From positions 65,193 through 129,192 of the forward strand of contig JAUXAO010000002.1 of NCBI GenBank assembly GCA_030619905.1: 64,000 nt of DNA. Reading direction: 5' to 3'. The DNA comes from a bacterium (lineage in GTDB: Bacteria; Patescibacteriota; Minisyncoccia; Minisyncoccales; CG1-02-41-26). Below the pieces are notes generated by a model. The model saw only the letters and a program-made list of their open reading frames with translations, ran no database searches and was not told where the DNA came from. Shown one piece after another: positions 44,187 through 54,131 of the stretch. Each line of letters opens with the position of its first letter. Positions within the stretch are counted from its first letter, which is position 1. A program made the translations under genes and the position numbers.

Positions 44187-44999
44187 ATGCAAATTTTTGA
44201 ATTTCTTTTTAATCCTGATTCTCCTTATGTAGTTTATGATACTTTTTGTTTTGAACCAGAAAATGAAAAAGAGAAAAGGCTGGGAAATCTTTATATAGCT
44301 GGGGAAATAAAAAACTCCATACCTCAAAACCGACATCTTTTGTCTTCCCTGACTGATATTATAAAGAAAGAATACTACAGAAATTACGATACTTCTCCAG
44401 AAGAAAGCTTTAAAAAGAGTTTAGAAAAGGCAAATGAATTTTTATCATCCCAAATAAAAAACAATGAAGTAGATTGGTTGGGAAATCTTAATTTGGTTGT
44501 TCTTACCATTAATTATTCTTACTCATTAAATCTTACAAAAGTTGGTAATCTCAGAGTTTTTATTTTAAAAAATGGAGAAGTACTAAATATAGGACAAGAT
44601 GCAAATCTGCTACAGCAAGCTGGTACATCTAAAATCTTTCAAAATGTTATTACAGGAAGCTTAGATTCAGAAGATAAGATTTTGATAACAACAAAAGAAA
44701 TTGCTGATTTACTTGAAAAAGAAAAAATATTAGAATATTTGACAAAAGCTAAAGAAAAAGAAATCAAGAAAATTTTTAAAATAGAAAGAAAGTTATTTGA
44801 AAGTCTCTTTGGTTTTTGTCTGCTAATTAGTTTAAAATCTAAAAAAAGAAAGGTTTTAAGAATCTCTTTTTCTAAAATTCGTTTTCCTTTTCTCAAGAGA
44901 TTAATTCCCGAATTATCAAGAGAAAGATTCAAAAAAAGCTTAATCTCTATTCTAATTCTAGCAATCTTGCTTTTTCTGGGCTCGCTTCTTTTTAAGTGA
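44187..44999 (+). CDS. hypothetical membrane-anchored protein, possibly a degenerate PP2C/SpoIIE-like fold
   Basis: The pattern GNLYIAGEI...NLVVLTIN...LTKVGNLRVFILKNGEV recalls PPM-type phosphatases, but I do not see the catalytic Asp motifs. It has a C-terminal TM. Confidence 0.3.
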   Translation: MQIFEFLFNPDSPYVVYDTFCFEPENEKEKRLGNLYIAGEIKNSIPQNRHLLSSLTDIIKKEYYRNYDTSPEESFKKSLEKANEFLSSQIKNNEVDWLGNLNLVVLTINYSYSLNLTKVGNLRVFILKNGEVLNIGQDANLLQQAGTSKIFQNVITGSLDSEDKILITTKEIADLLEKEKILEYLTKAKEKEIKKIFKIERKLFESLFGFCLLISLKSKKRKVLRISFSKIRFPFLKRLIPELSRERFKKSLISILILAILLFLGSLLFK

Positions 45000-45063
45000 A
45001 AAACAAGCAGAATTAAAAACAGCGCTACAAAAATAGTACTGTTTTTAAAATTCTAAAACGTAT

Positions 45064-45555
45064 TCATTTTAATTCAACTTTTGCTCCAGCTGCCTCAAAT
45101 TTCTTTTTTATCTCCTCAGCCTCTTCTTTTTTAACATTCTCTTTAATCATTTGAGCTTCTTTTTCAGCTGCATCAACTAAATCTTTTGATTCTTTCAATC
45201 CTTTACCCATAACATCTCTTACAGCTTTTATTACATCTATTTTCTTTTCTCCCACCCCGGTTAATTCAATATTGAAAACTGATTTTTCTTCGGTTCCTGC
45301 CTCAGCTCCTTGAGCTGGTCCAGCCCCTGCTATTGCTTGAACAGCTACTGGAGCAGCAGCTGAAACACCAAATTTCTTTTCCAATATCTTAACCAATTCT
45401 GCCAGATCAACAACTTGCATTTTTTCAATCTCTTCAACAAGTTTCTTAAACTTCTCTGGCACCTTCACTTCTTTTGATTTTTCTTCTTTGCCAGTTGAAG
45501 TCTTAGTTGGGGTAGGTTTTTTTTCTTCCTTTTCGGAAGTTTTTTCTTCTGCCAT
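45064..45555 (-). CDS. rplL: 50S ribosomal protein L7/L12 with an N-terminal Lys/Glu-rich extension
   Basis: The core [29 protein letters not shown]...[31 protein letters not shown] is classic L12. About 35 extra residues lie at the N-terminus. Confidence 0.85.
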   Translation of the reverse strand: MAEEKTSEKEEKKPTPTKTSTGKEEKSKEVKVPEKFKKLVEEIEKMQVVDLAELVKILEKKFGVSAAAPVAVQAIAGAGPAQGAEAGTEEKSVFNIELTGVGEKKIDVIKAVRDVMGKGLKESKDLVDAAEKEAQMIKENVKKEEAEEIKKKFEAAGAKVELK

Positions 45556-45587
45556 ATTTTTGTTAATTATTACTTTGATTATCTTTA

Positions 45588-46118
45588 TTATTTGACCTTT
45601 TCTTTTAGAATGAAAACAAAGTTTCTTAAATTTCCCTTCAAGGCACCTACAAAATTCGTTACAGGAGCATTCAGAGTGCCTATTAATCTTGCAAAAACTT
45701 CTTCTCTTGAAGGAAGCAAAGCTAAATCAATAACCTCTTGAACAGTCAAGAATTTGTATTCCTTATCTTTGACTATACCTCCTAAAATCTTGAGGTTTTC
45801 ATTTTCCTTTGAGAATTGATAAATAATCTTTGATGGTACAATTTCATCCTTAAGACCAAAAACCAATGCCAATTCCCCTTGCATATTATTCACTTCCTTT
45901 TTTAAAGAAGGTTCTTTCAAAGATTCAAAAACCAATTCTAATAATGTTTTTTTAGCTACTTTTAAAAAACAATCTGCTTGTTTAAGATTATTTCTTAATT
46001 CAGAAAGTGTTTTGGCACCTAAACCTTGAAAATCAACAAAAACTACTGCTTTTTGATTTATCAGGTTTTGTTTCAAATCTTCTATAATTTCTTTTTTTTG
46101 AAGTTTAGTTTTTGCCAT
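45588..46118 (-). CDS. rplJ: 50S ribosomal protein L10
   Basis: The pattern K.EIIEDLK......[11 protein letters not shown]....L.ELR is typical of L10, and the gene lies upstream of rplL. Confidence 0.85.
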   Translation of the reverse strand: MAKTKLQKKEIIEDLKQNLINQKAVVFVDFQGLGAKTLSELRNNLKQADCFLKVAKKTLLELVFESLKEPSLKKEVNNMQGELALVFGLKDEIVPSKIIYQFSKENENLKILGGIVKDKEYKFLTVQEVIDLALLPSREEVFARLIGTLNAPVTNFVGALKGNLRNFVFILKEKVK

Positions 46119-46231
46119 ATTAATTAAAAAAACTGTGGTTTCCCACAGACAATAGTTTTGGTAACTAAATTAATCCTGAGTAGGATTTAACCCCGCATAT
46201 TTGCAGGAACCTACTGTCTATGGATATTGCA
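46119..46231 (-). promoter_or_regulatory. rplJ leader with terminator-type attenuator (L10-leader-like)
   Basis: 113-nt 5' UTR with an AGTAGG...CCTACT helix. A CTGTGG-GAAA-CCACAG hairpin plus T7 sits directly before the rplJ ATG. The position matches known L10 leaders. Confidence 0.45.
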
Positions 46232-46260
46232 ATCTTAATTTATTATTAAAGTCTTGTCAA
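46232..46260 (-). promoter_or_regulatory. sigma-70-type promoter for rplJL
   Basis: Minus strand reads TTGACA (46260-46255), a 17-nt spacer, then TAAGAT (46237-46232). Confidence 0.5.
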
Positions 46261-46264
46261 GGCT

Positions 46265-46852
46265 TTATTCTCCAAGAGCTCTGAGAATAGTTTCTCCAAA
46301 CTTCCTGGCTGCCTGAAAACCGTTTGCCGTTATAATATTTCCATCCTGAACAATCTGGCTATCTTCAAAAATTGCTCCCTCTTCTTTTAAAATCTTAACT
46401 GCTGATTTATCTAAAGGCGAAGACCAAACCGTTGCTTTTTTACCAGATAATATCCCTGCTCTGGCCAAAATAACAGGACCTATACAAATTGCCCCTAAAA
46501 CCTTGTTTTTTAGAACTGACTCTTTGGCTATTTTCCAGCAAGTTTCATCTTCTGTATATTTTAGAGCTCCTGAACCTCCTACAAAGATTATAATATCAAA
46601 ATCATCAACTTTGAGTTTATCTAAAGTTATGTCAATATTTACTTCGCCCCCATAAATCCCAATAGCCTTGCCTAATTCAGAACTTACCGTGGTTATTTTG
46701 CTTCCTCCACTTTTTAAAACCTGTTTGGGAATAAAGTATTCTTCATCCCGAAAATCTTTAAAAGCAATAATCATGGCTGCCCTTTTTTCCTTCATTTCTT
46801 TTTTAATTTCAAACTTAGTTTCTGGTTTTTGTTTTAATGCTTGATCAGTCAT
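46265..46852 (-). CDS. DJ-1/PfpI family protein
   Basis: Nucleophile-elbow motif AICIGPVILA and IIFVGG. Confidence 0.8.
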   Translation of the reverse strand: MTDQALKQKPETKFEIKKEMKEKRAAMIIAFKDFRDEEYFIPKQVLKSGGSKITTVSSELGKAIGIYGGEVNIDITLDKLKVDDFDIIIFVGGSGALKYTEDETCWKIAKESVLKNKVLGAICIGPVILARAGILSGKKATVWSSPLDKSAVKILKEEGAIFEDSQIVQDGNIITANGFQAARKFGETILRALGE

Positions 46853-46862
46853 AAGAAGAAAT

Positions 46863-47924
46863 TTATTTTAACAAATATAGAGATTTTGCTTGATTATGTT
46901 CTTCTAAGGTCTTACTAAATATTGTTTCCCCGTTTGTAGACGACAAATAATACCAAAACTCACTACTTTCAGGATATATGGCGGCTAAAATACTGTCAAG
47001 TCCGGGATTACAAATAGGGCCAAGCGGCAATCCTCTGTATTTGTAAGTATTATAAGGAGAATCAATCTCAAGATCTTGTTTGGGAATTTTTGTTGTATTT
47101 TTACCGGTTATGTAAGTTATTGTAGCGTCAACCTGCAAAGGAATGCTGTTTTCTATTCTTTTCCAAAGGATACCACAGACTAATTTCTTGTCTTCAATAC
47201 TTTTTACTTCTTTCTCAAGAAGAGAAGCCATTTTTATCACTTCAAAAATAGTTTTTTCCTGCTTGTTAATTTCTTGTCTCAAACTTAAACTCAATTTCTT
47301 ATCAAAATTTATTAGCATTCTCTCTATGATTTCTTCAATGCCCTCCCCTCTGTTTATTTCATAAGTATCAGGAAAAAGATAACCTTCCAATCCTAGATTT
47401 TTTGGTTTGTCTTTTAAAAAACTGAATTCATCTGAAAAATCTTTGGGCTTAGGTAAGTCTTTTGTTTTTGAATAATCAGCTTTTGGAAAACCAGTAATTT
47501 CAAAGATTTCTTCAGCTTGGAACATTCCTCTATTTTCAAAATACCAAGCAACGTCTCTCATGTCCCAGCCCTCAATTATAGTAATTTTTTCTTTGATGAC
47601 TTGTCCTTTAACAAATTTTCTCGTAATTTCAGGGATTGTTTGGCAAGAAGAAATTAAATACTCTCCAGCCTGAATTTTCTTTACATCTCCTGTTAAAAAA
47701 ATATATGAAATAAAGAATATATCATCTTTAATTAAATTCTGACTCTCCAGATTATGAGCAATCTCTCTTAGGCTTTCTCCTTTTTCAATTAAAAACATTT
47801 CTTCTTGTGCAGAACTGTTTTTTGGCAAATAAATTCCTTGCCAAATGTAAATCAAAAAACAAAACACAAAGAACAAAAAACAGAGAATAATCAATGTTGA
47901 CCAATTTGTTTTCTTAATATTCAT
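46863..47924 (-). CDS. mltG: endolytic murein transglycosylase MltG (YceG-like)
   Basis: N-terminal TM, YceG domain with ASLLEKE and the LQVDATI..Y / SPYNTYKYRGLPLGPI motifs. Confidence 0.85.
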   Translation of the reverse strand: MNIKKTNWSTLIILCFLFFVFCFLIYIWQGIYLPKNSSAQEEMFLIEKGESLREIAHNLESQNLIKDDIFFISYIFLTGDVKKIQAGEYLISSCQTIPEITRKFVKGQVIKEKITIIEGWDMRDVAWYFENRGMFQAEEIFEITGFPKADYSKTKDLPKPKDFSDEFSFLKDKPKNLGLEGYLFPDTYEINRGEGIEEIIERMLINFDKKLSLSLRQEINKQEKTIFEVIKMASLLEKEVKSIEDKKLVCGILWKRIENSIPLQVDATITYITGKNTTKIPKQDLEIDSPYNTYKYRGLPLGPICNPGLDSILAAIYPESSEFWYYLSSTNGETIFSKTLEEHNQAKSLYLLK

Positions 47925-47928
47925 ATAT

Positions 47929-48543
47929 CTATTTACTGACTAAAGGAACAAAAACAAAACCAGGATATTCTTTTTCTTCAAATTGCTCAGAAGATTTTTT
48001 AATAAAAAACCAGATTGACGAGCCAATCGGAGTTACTATCCTTCCTCCGATTTTCAACTGGCTTTTCCAGGCCTGAGGAACTTCTTTTGCCTCAGCTGAA
48101 CATAAAATCTTGTCAAAAGGGGCTTCTTTTTCATACCCTTTGGAGCCATCAGCGCAAATAAATTCAGCAATTCCTTTTTCTATAAAATTATACTTGGAAA
48201 TGTTTTTTCTTCCAAATTCTACTAACTCTGGGATTATTTCTATGGCTATTACTCTGCCTTTATCTCCAACAATCTCGGAAAGAAGAGCGCTGGTCCATCC
48301 AGAACCAGCACCAATATCTAAAACTTTTTCTCCTGGTTTGAGGTCTAAAAGCTCCAACATAAAAGCTACTACCAAAGGCTGAGAAATTGTCTGGCCATAA
48401 CCAATTGACAAAGCTTCATTAAGTTCTGCCAAATCCTTCATGTCTTCAGGCAAGAAATCTATTCTCTTTATTTTCCTAAAAGCCTCAATAATTCTTGGAG
48501 TTTTCAGCCATTCTTGTTTAATTAAAGAATCTACAAGAGCCAT
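47929..48543 (-). CDS. pcm: protein-L-isoaspartate O-methyltransferase
   Basis: QTISQP and SAM motif VLDIGAGSGW. Confidence 0.85.
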   Translation of the reverse strand: MALVDSLIKQEWLKTPRIIEAFRKIKRIDFLPEDMKDLAELNEALSIGYGQTISQPLVVAFMLELLDLKPGEKVLDIGAGSGWTSALLSEIVGDKGRVIAIEIIPELVEFGRKNISKYNFIEKGIAEFICADGSKGYEKEAPFDKILCSAEAKEVPQAWKSQLKIGGRIVTPIGSSIWFFIKKSSEQFEEKEYPGFVFVPLVSK

Positions 48544-48545
48544 AT

Positions 48546-49772
48546 TTATTCATAACTTCTCAATGCTTCAACAGGTTTTAATCTTGCTGCTCTTCTGGCC
48601 GGGAAAAACCCAGAAATAGAGCCAGTTAAAACTGAAAATGCTAAACCGAATAAAATTAAACCTGGCGATATAGAAATAGAAAAGTAAAACAAAGGATTAG
48701 CCTGGGTATATAATTCAACAATTTTTGCACAGATAATTCCTAATACTATACCTCCAGTACCTCCAACCAAACCGATAATTCCAGCTTCAATTAAGAAAAT
48801 TGTCAGAACAGCTGAATTCTTGGCTCCAATGGCCTTCATAATGCCTATTTCTCTTGTTCTTTCCCGAATAGAAGTAAACATTGTATTTGTTATACCAATT
48901 CCACCAACAAGAATAGCAATGCTGGCGAAAAGTATAATAGCAGTTTGAATAATGCCTAAAATATTGTTTGTTACTCCAATCATTTTTTCAGAAGTGATAA
49001 CTGCAAAATCAGCTGTATCTTCTCCAAACCTTCTTTTTCTTGTCTCTCGAAGACTCTCTTTTATATCTTCTGCTACTTTATCAGGAGATAATCCTTGTTC
49101 AATCTTCACCATAGCCATTCTGGCTGAACCCTTTTTTTCTCCAGTTAAGTCCTGATAAAGACCTATATCTAAATAAATATTACTATCATCCGACTTATTG
49201 CCCAGAGAATTCAATATCCCTACTACTTTGAATTTTCTTCCTTTCATAACTATTTCTTGATTTACTTTGATTTTTTCTTTAAATATATCAATGACCCATT
49301 GCTTGCCAACTGCAACTTCCCTTTTTCCAGGAACAGGCCATCGGCCCTCAAGTAAGTTCCAACCCTGATATCTTTCCAAAAGTTCTAAGCTTTCATCCCA
49401 GGGCAGTCCAGTTAAAAATACCATTTTGGCTTCTTCTTTATATCTGGCTACAATTCCTCGGTAAGACATAATTAAAACACTCTCAACTCCCTTTGTTTTC
49501 TCTATGGCAATAATATCTTGCTTTTCTAACACTTCTCCCCCTACCATCATTCCCATTATATTTTCTTCGCTCCCAGGCATAACCATAATCATGTCTCCAC
49601 CCATTGCCTCCATTTGCTCATTAATAGCTTTTTTAACTCCCTCGCTTAAAGAAAGTAAACTAATAATCAAGAAAATACCAATAACAATACCTAAAATAGT
49701 TAGCCAACTTCTTAAAGACCTGGTTCTCAGATTTCTTAAAGCTATTTTAAAATATTCGTTTATTTGCTCCAT
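48546..49772 (-). CDS. ABC transporter permease (MacB/FtsX type)
   Basis: MacB_PCD-like periplasmic domain and a C-terminal FtsX domain (REIGIMKAIGA). Confidence 0.85.
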   Translation of the reverse strand: MEQINEYFKIALRNLRTRSLRSWLTILGIVIGIFLIISLLSLSEGVKKAINEQMEAMGGDMIMVMPGSEENIMGMMVGGEVLEKQDIIAIEKTKGVESVLIMSYRGIVARYKEEAKMVFLTGLPWDESLELLERYQGWNLLEGRWPVPGKREVAVGKQWVIDIFKEKIKVNQEIVMKGRKFKVVGILNSLGNKSDDSNIYLDIGLYQDLTGEKKGSARMAMVKIEQGLSPDKVAEDIKESLRETRKRRFGEDTADFAVITSEKMIGVTNNILGIIQTAIILFASIAILVGGIGITNTMFTSIRERTREIGIMKAIGAKNSAVLTIFLIEAGIIGLVGGTGGIVLGIICAKIVELYTQANPLFYFSISISPGLILFGLAFSVLTGSISGFFPARRAARLKPVEALRSYE

Positions 49773-50476
49773 AGAACTTCGCCTCTTTGTTTATGATTAA
49801 CAATTATCTCACCATCCTTAATATTCACTATCTGTTCGCTGTAATCTGCAATATGAGGGTCATGAGTAACTACAACTATAGTTTTCCCTTCTTTTTTATG
49901 AAAATCTGTTAAAATCTCCATTATCTTTTTCCCGGTAGTTGAATCTAAATTCCCAGTAGGCTCATCAGCAATAACCAACTCCGGATCATTAGCAAAAGCT
50001 CTGGCAATAGCAACTCTTTGACGCTCTCCACCTGAAAGTTCAGCTGGTTGATGAGAAATTCTCTTTTCTAACCCAACTGATATTAAAAGGTCACGTGCTC
50101 TTTTTTTTCTTTCTTCAAGGAGTATTCCTTGAAAAATCATGGGCAGCATCACATTTTCTAAAGCATCAAGATTAGGTAAAAGATTAAACTCCTGAAATAT
50201 GAAACCAACGGTTTTACCTCTGAGTTGAGATAATTGGTCTTCGGAAAGTAAAGAAGTATCTTTTCCTTTCAAAACTACATTTCCCTGGCTAGGAGAATCC
50301 AGACAGCCTATCATATTTAAAAGAGTGGACTTCCCCGAACCGGAAGCACCCATAATAGTAACAAAATCATCTGGAGCAACCTCCAGACTTATTTCTTTAA
50401 GCGCAATTAGTTCAACTTTACCTAATTGATAAATCTTCCAGACATTTTTCAATTCTACTATTTTTTCTGTTTTCAT
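49760..50476 (-). CDS. ABC transporter ATP-binding protein (MacB/LolD type)
   Basis: Walker A GASGSGKST, signature LSGGERQR and Walker B VIADEPT. Confidence 0.9.
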   Translation of the reverse strand: MKTEKIVELKNVWKIYQLGKVELIALKEISLEVAPDDFVTIMGASGSGKSTLLNMIGCLDSPSQGNVVLKGKDTSLLSEDQLSQLRGKTVGFIFQEFNLLPNLDALENVMLPMIFQGILLEERKKRARDLLISVGLEKRISHQPAELSGGERQRVAIARAFANDPELVIADEPTGNLDSTTGKKIMEILTDFHKKEGKTIVVVTHDPHIADYSEQIVNIKDGEIIVNHKQRGEVLWSK

Positions 50477-52077
50477 TTTAAGATTACTTTTTCTCCTTCT
50501 AAAACACCGGAAATAACTTCTACCATATCATCACTTCCTTCTAAACCAACCTCTACTTCCTTCTCTTCAACAACATTATCTTTTAAAATCTCAACTATTG
50601 TTTTGTCGTCTTTTTCTTGGATTGCATCTTCAGGAATAATCAATACATTCTCTCTGAAAGCAGTTTTAATAATTAAATCAGCTGTCATTCCTGGTTTAAC
50701 CTCATCTGGTAACTCTTCAAGACTAATCTTTACTTGATAGTAAACTACTCCTTCAACTAGTTTTTCAGTCGGATCAATTGAAATTATCCTACCTTCAAAA
50801 ATCTTGTCTGGAAAAGCAACCAAGGAAATATCAACTGGATTATCTATACTTATCTTTATTATATCCTCTTCATAAATATCTACCTCTATTTGAAAGGGAT
50901 CTGCTGGTGAAAAAACAATTATTTCATTTACTGATGAAACCATCTCGCCCACTCTTTTCTTGATTTCAATTACCTGGCCATCAACTGGAGCATAAAGATA
51001 TGATTCCTTAATCTGATTTTCCAAATACTCAACTTGAGATTGAGCTTTTGTCACCTGAGCTTCGTATAAGTCTACATCTGCTTTCTGGGGAGAAGCAGTG
51101 GTCAGAGCTAATTCATCTTCAGCTGCGGTTAAAGATCCCTCAGCAGTAGAAACTGTAGTTTGAGCAGTATTAATATTTGATTCATTAGTTAACTTAGTAG
51201 AAGAAATGGTCTGCTGAGAATTAGCAATATTAGTTAAAGCAGTGTTAATATTTGTTCTTTGAGTATCCAGAGAAGTTTTGTTAGTTGAAGAAACTTCGCT
51301 GGAATAACTGGGTTCTTCACACATATCTCGAATAATAATCAAAGCACTAGAAACCTGGGAAAGTAATTCTTTAATTTCAGAAATAGCTAAATCAATATTT
51401 TCATGACTTGGATCTCCTTGAGCAGTATCCAGATAAGATTTTGATTCATCACTTGCTGTTTTTATTATTTCTTCATTCTCTCTTACCTTAATACTTTCTT
51501 GGTCATAATAATAAAAATATGTTTCTTGAACTGAATCTACGACTAAAAAAGCATTATAAATCTTTAAATAAGAACCATCTAAAACATTTAAAGCGTCTTC
51601 ATAAGCAGCGTTTAAGTCTTCCTCTGATTCAGCCCTTACATCTATTAAGTTCTGTTGAGTATTTCCAAGAGAAACTTGGGCATTAGAAACAGCGGTTTCA
51701 ACTTTTTGGATTTCTTCTGGGCTGGCACCTACTAATAATTTGTCTAATTTTGCCTGATATATTGCCAAATCAGATTTTGCTTGCTGAAGCTGGATTTCTA
51801 ATCCCTTTGTATCCATTTTCGCTAAAGTAGTCCACTTTTTTATTTCATCTCCGACATTAACATATATTTTTTCAATCCTACCTGAAGTTTTAAAAGCAAG
51901 GTTTATTTCTTCGCCCTTTTTTAACTGGCCAACTTCTGAAACTTCTTGATAAACATTTCCCCTGACTACTTCAAATAAATCAAAAACTTCACTCTCTTTT
52001 TTCACATTTAATTGATAAAAAATTACTATCAATAATAAAGTGAGACCAACGATTAATAAAATTATTTTTTTACTCAT
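50473..52077 (-). CDS. efflux membrane-fusion (HlyD/MacA-like) adaptor protein with a long coiled coil
   Basis: N-terminal TM, lipoyl-like/beta-barrel segments around a ~250-aa coiled coil, in an operon with the MacB-type ABC pair. Confidence 0.75.
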   Translation of the reverse strand: MSKKIILLIVGLTLLLIVIFYQLNVKKESEVFDLFEVVRGNVYQEVSEVGQLKKGEEINLAFKTSGRIEKIYVNVGDEIKKWTTLAKMDTKGLEIQLQQAKSDLAIYQAKLDKLLVGASPEEIQKVETAVSNAQVSLGNTQQNLIDVRAESEEDLNAAYEDALNVLDGSYLKIYNAFLVVDSVQETYFYYYDQESIKVRENEEIIKTASDESKSYLDTAQGDPSHENIDLAISEIKELLSQVSSALIIIRDMCEEPSYSSEVSSTNKTSLDTQRTNINTALTNIANSQQTISSTKLTNESNINTAQTTVSTAEGSLTAAEDELALTTASPQKADVDLYEAQVTKAQSQVEYLENQIKESYLYAPVDGQVIEIKKRVGEMVSSVNEIIVFSPADPFQIEVDIYEEDIIKISIDNPVDISLVAFPDKIFEGRIISIDPTEKLVEGVVYYQVKISLEELPDEVKPGMTADLIIKTAFRENVLIIPEDAIQEKDDKTIVEILKDNVVEEKEVEVGLEGSDDMVEVISGVLEGEKVILK

Positions 52078-52079
52078 AT

Positions 52080-52388
52080 TTATTTTTCTTCTTTTGGATA
52101 AAACGACGACTTTTTAATAATGATTTTATAAATGTTCTCAATAAAATCTCCGCCTGCATAACCAATAATAAAACTTAAAGCTGGGTTGAAACTCTCAGCA
52201 AAAGTGAAACCAATTTCTTTGATTGATGCCACTGCCAAGAGACCAATCATTCCTGAAAGGAAAGCCATACCAAAAAAATAAGGAAATTTAAAAGAAACAT
52301 TTTTATAAGCAAATTGATGCTTTATAAAACCTACTAATCCTCTTATTACTCCCCCACTGAATCCGGCAATTAAAATATAAAAATACAT
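52080..52388 (-). CDS. hypothetical small membrane protein
   Basis: ORF track; three hydrophobic segments. Confidence 0.45.
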   Translation of the reverse strand: MYFYILIAGFSGGVIRGLVGFIKHQFAYKNVSFKFPYFFGMAFLSGMIGLLAVASIKEIGFTFAESFNPALSFIIGYAGGDFIENIYKIIIKKSSFYPKEEK

Positions 52389-52494
52389 ATTTTTTAAATT
52401 ATTTAGTTATGTTGTAAGGGCTTCTACGACAAACCAAAGAGCAATCATAAAGAAAGTCGTTACAACTATGAAATCAATAATTTTTACTGAAGTA

Positions 52495-53538
52495 TTAGCC
52501 ATGTTTTATTTCAATAACATCACCATCTTGAAGAACATAGTCCTGGCCGACTTCTCTTAATATGCCTTTTTCATGACAGCCTTTCCAACTTCCAGTTTCA
52601 ACAAGCTCTTTCCAGTTCACGGCTAAGGCCATAATGAATTTCTCGGCAAAATCATTATGAATCATTCTTGCTCCCTCAATGATTTTTGTCCCTGATTTTA
52701 TAGGCCAAGCTCTTGTTTCTGTATCGCCTATTATAGTAAAAAAAGTTATTAAATTCAAGGTCTGATAACATTTTTCGATTAATTCTTTCATTTTAGAAGC
52801 GCCAAGTCCAAACTCTTTTCTTTCTTTTTCTTCAAGTTCGGAAATATCTAATTCTTCTCTGAGATTCATCAGAAAATAACTAATATTTTTCTTTTTAAAT
52901 TCTTCTTCAAGATCAGGCTCAATTTTCTCAGACGAAGAGTTTAAAAGATAAATCTGAGGTTTTGCTGTTAGTAAAAACAGATGAGAAGGAGGTAAAAAAG
53001 AAATGGCCATTTCGCCATTTTCTAAATTCTTCCTAAGATTTTCTAAATTTTCAATTTCTGTTTCTGCTTCTTTTTTTTGGTCTTTCTTCTCCTTTTCAAT
53101 TTTTTGGATTCTTTTTTTAACAGTTTCCAAATCTTTTGAAATTAACTCTTGATTAACTATCTCAATATCTCTTTTTGGATTAATGTCTTTTTCAATATGA
53201 CTGACATTTTCAGCTTCAAAACAACGAACCATATGTAAAATTACATCAACTTCTCTGATATGGGCTAAAAACTGGTTTCCTAATCCCTGACCTTCAGCCG
53301 CTCCTTTAACAAGACCAGCAATATCAACAAATTTAATTACTGCTGGAACAACCTTTTTAGCTTTTGAAACTTTAACTAATAACTTTAATCTTTCATCAGA
53401 AACTTCTACTATGCCAACATTTGGTTCAATTGTACAAAATGGGTAATTAGAAATATCAACTGGATTTTTGGTTAGAGCCCTAAACAAAGTTGATTTTCCC
53501 ACATTCGGCAAGCCAACAATGCCGATGGAAAGAGACAT
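52495..53538 (-). CDS. ychF: ribosome-binding ATPase YchF
   Basis: GIVGLPNVGKSTLF G1 motif and a TGS-like C-terminus. Confidence 0.9.
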   Translation of the reverse strand: MSLSIGIVGLPNVGKSTLFRALTKNPVDISNYPFCTIEPNVGIVEVSDERLKLLVKVSKAKKVVPAVIKFVDIAGLVKGAAEGQGLGNQFLAHIREVDVILHMVRCFEAENVSHIEKDINPKRDIEIVNQELISKDLETVKKRIQKIEKEKKDQKKEAETEIENLENLRKNLENGEMAISFLPPSHLFLLTAKPQIYLLNSSSEKIEPDLEEEFKKKNISYFLMNLREELDISELEEKERKEFGLGASKMKELIEKCYQTLNLITFFTIIGDTETRAWPIKSGTKIIEGARMIHNDFAEKFIMALAVNWKELVETGSWKGCHEKGILREVGQDYVLQDGDVIEIKHG

Positions 53539-53544
53539 AAAAAA

Positions 53545-54000
53545 TTATTTAATTTTAATTATCTTGTATTTAACTTTGCCTCCTGGTGTTTTAACTTCAA
53601 TTATATTGCCTTTACTTTTATTTAAAAGATTTTTTCCCAAAGGTGAATCATAAGAAATTCTTCCCTGAAGAGGGTCAGCTTCTTCTGGATCAACAATCTT
53701 AAAATCTATTTTACCTCCTGAGGATTCTACCAATACCGTGGAACCAACCTGAACATAATCAGTTTTCCGAGGCTTTTTAACAACTATTGCTTCTTCTATC
53801 TTTTTTTTCAATTCCAAAATCTTTCTTTCTAAAAGTTCTTTAGATTCCCTAGCTTGCTGATAAGCTGCATTCTCTGTAAGATCGCCAAAACTGGCAGCTT
53901 CTCCAAGCTGCTTTGCAATTTCTTTCCGTTTTACAGTTTCCAAATACTTTAACTCTTTCTTTAATTTTTCTAGAGTTTCTTGATTAAGATATTTTGGCAT
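53545..54000 (-). CDS. greA: transcription elongation factor GreA
   Basis: Coiled-coil N-domain with the acidic tip (FGDLTENAAY) and a C-terminal FKBP-like domain. Confidence 0.9.
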   Translation of the reverse strand: MPKYLNQETLEKLKKELKYLETVKRKEIAKQLGEAASFGDLTENAAYQQARESKELLERKILELKKKIEEAIVVKKPRKTDYVQVGSTVLVESSGGKIDFKIVDPEEADPLQGRISYDSPLGKNLLNKSKGNIIEVKTPGGKVKYKIIKIK

Positions 54001-54066
54001 ATATTACTGTCAATTAAGGAGATTTCTCAATTTTACTCTTTTTAATTAATCTGTAAAGCCCTTTCT

Positions 54067-54100
54067 AAAAAAAACAGGGTGTTCTCAAAAGAGTTCACCC
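54067..54100 (-). terminator. intrinsic terminator after the GDPD gene
   Basis: Minus strand reads GGGTGAACTC-TTTT-GAGAACACCC followed by TGTTTTTTTT. Confidence 0.6.
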
Positions 54101-54131
54101 GGAGAAATTATTTTTCATTTTAGATTTATCC

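Noticed and set aside
44127-44336. Track ORF 44127..44336 (-), 69 aa.
   Set aside because: It overlaps the start of the better-supported plus-strand gene 44187..44999 and abuts tRNA-Val. Its translation is an AT-rich artefact.
52398-52439. A 13-codon ORF (MIALWFVVEALTT) between ychF and the 52388 gene.
   Set aside because: It is too short, has no SD and cannot be supported from sequence alone.
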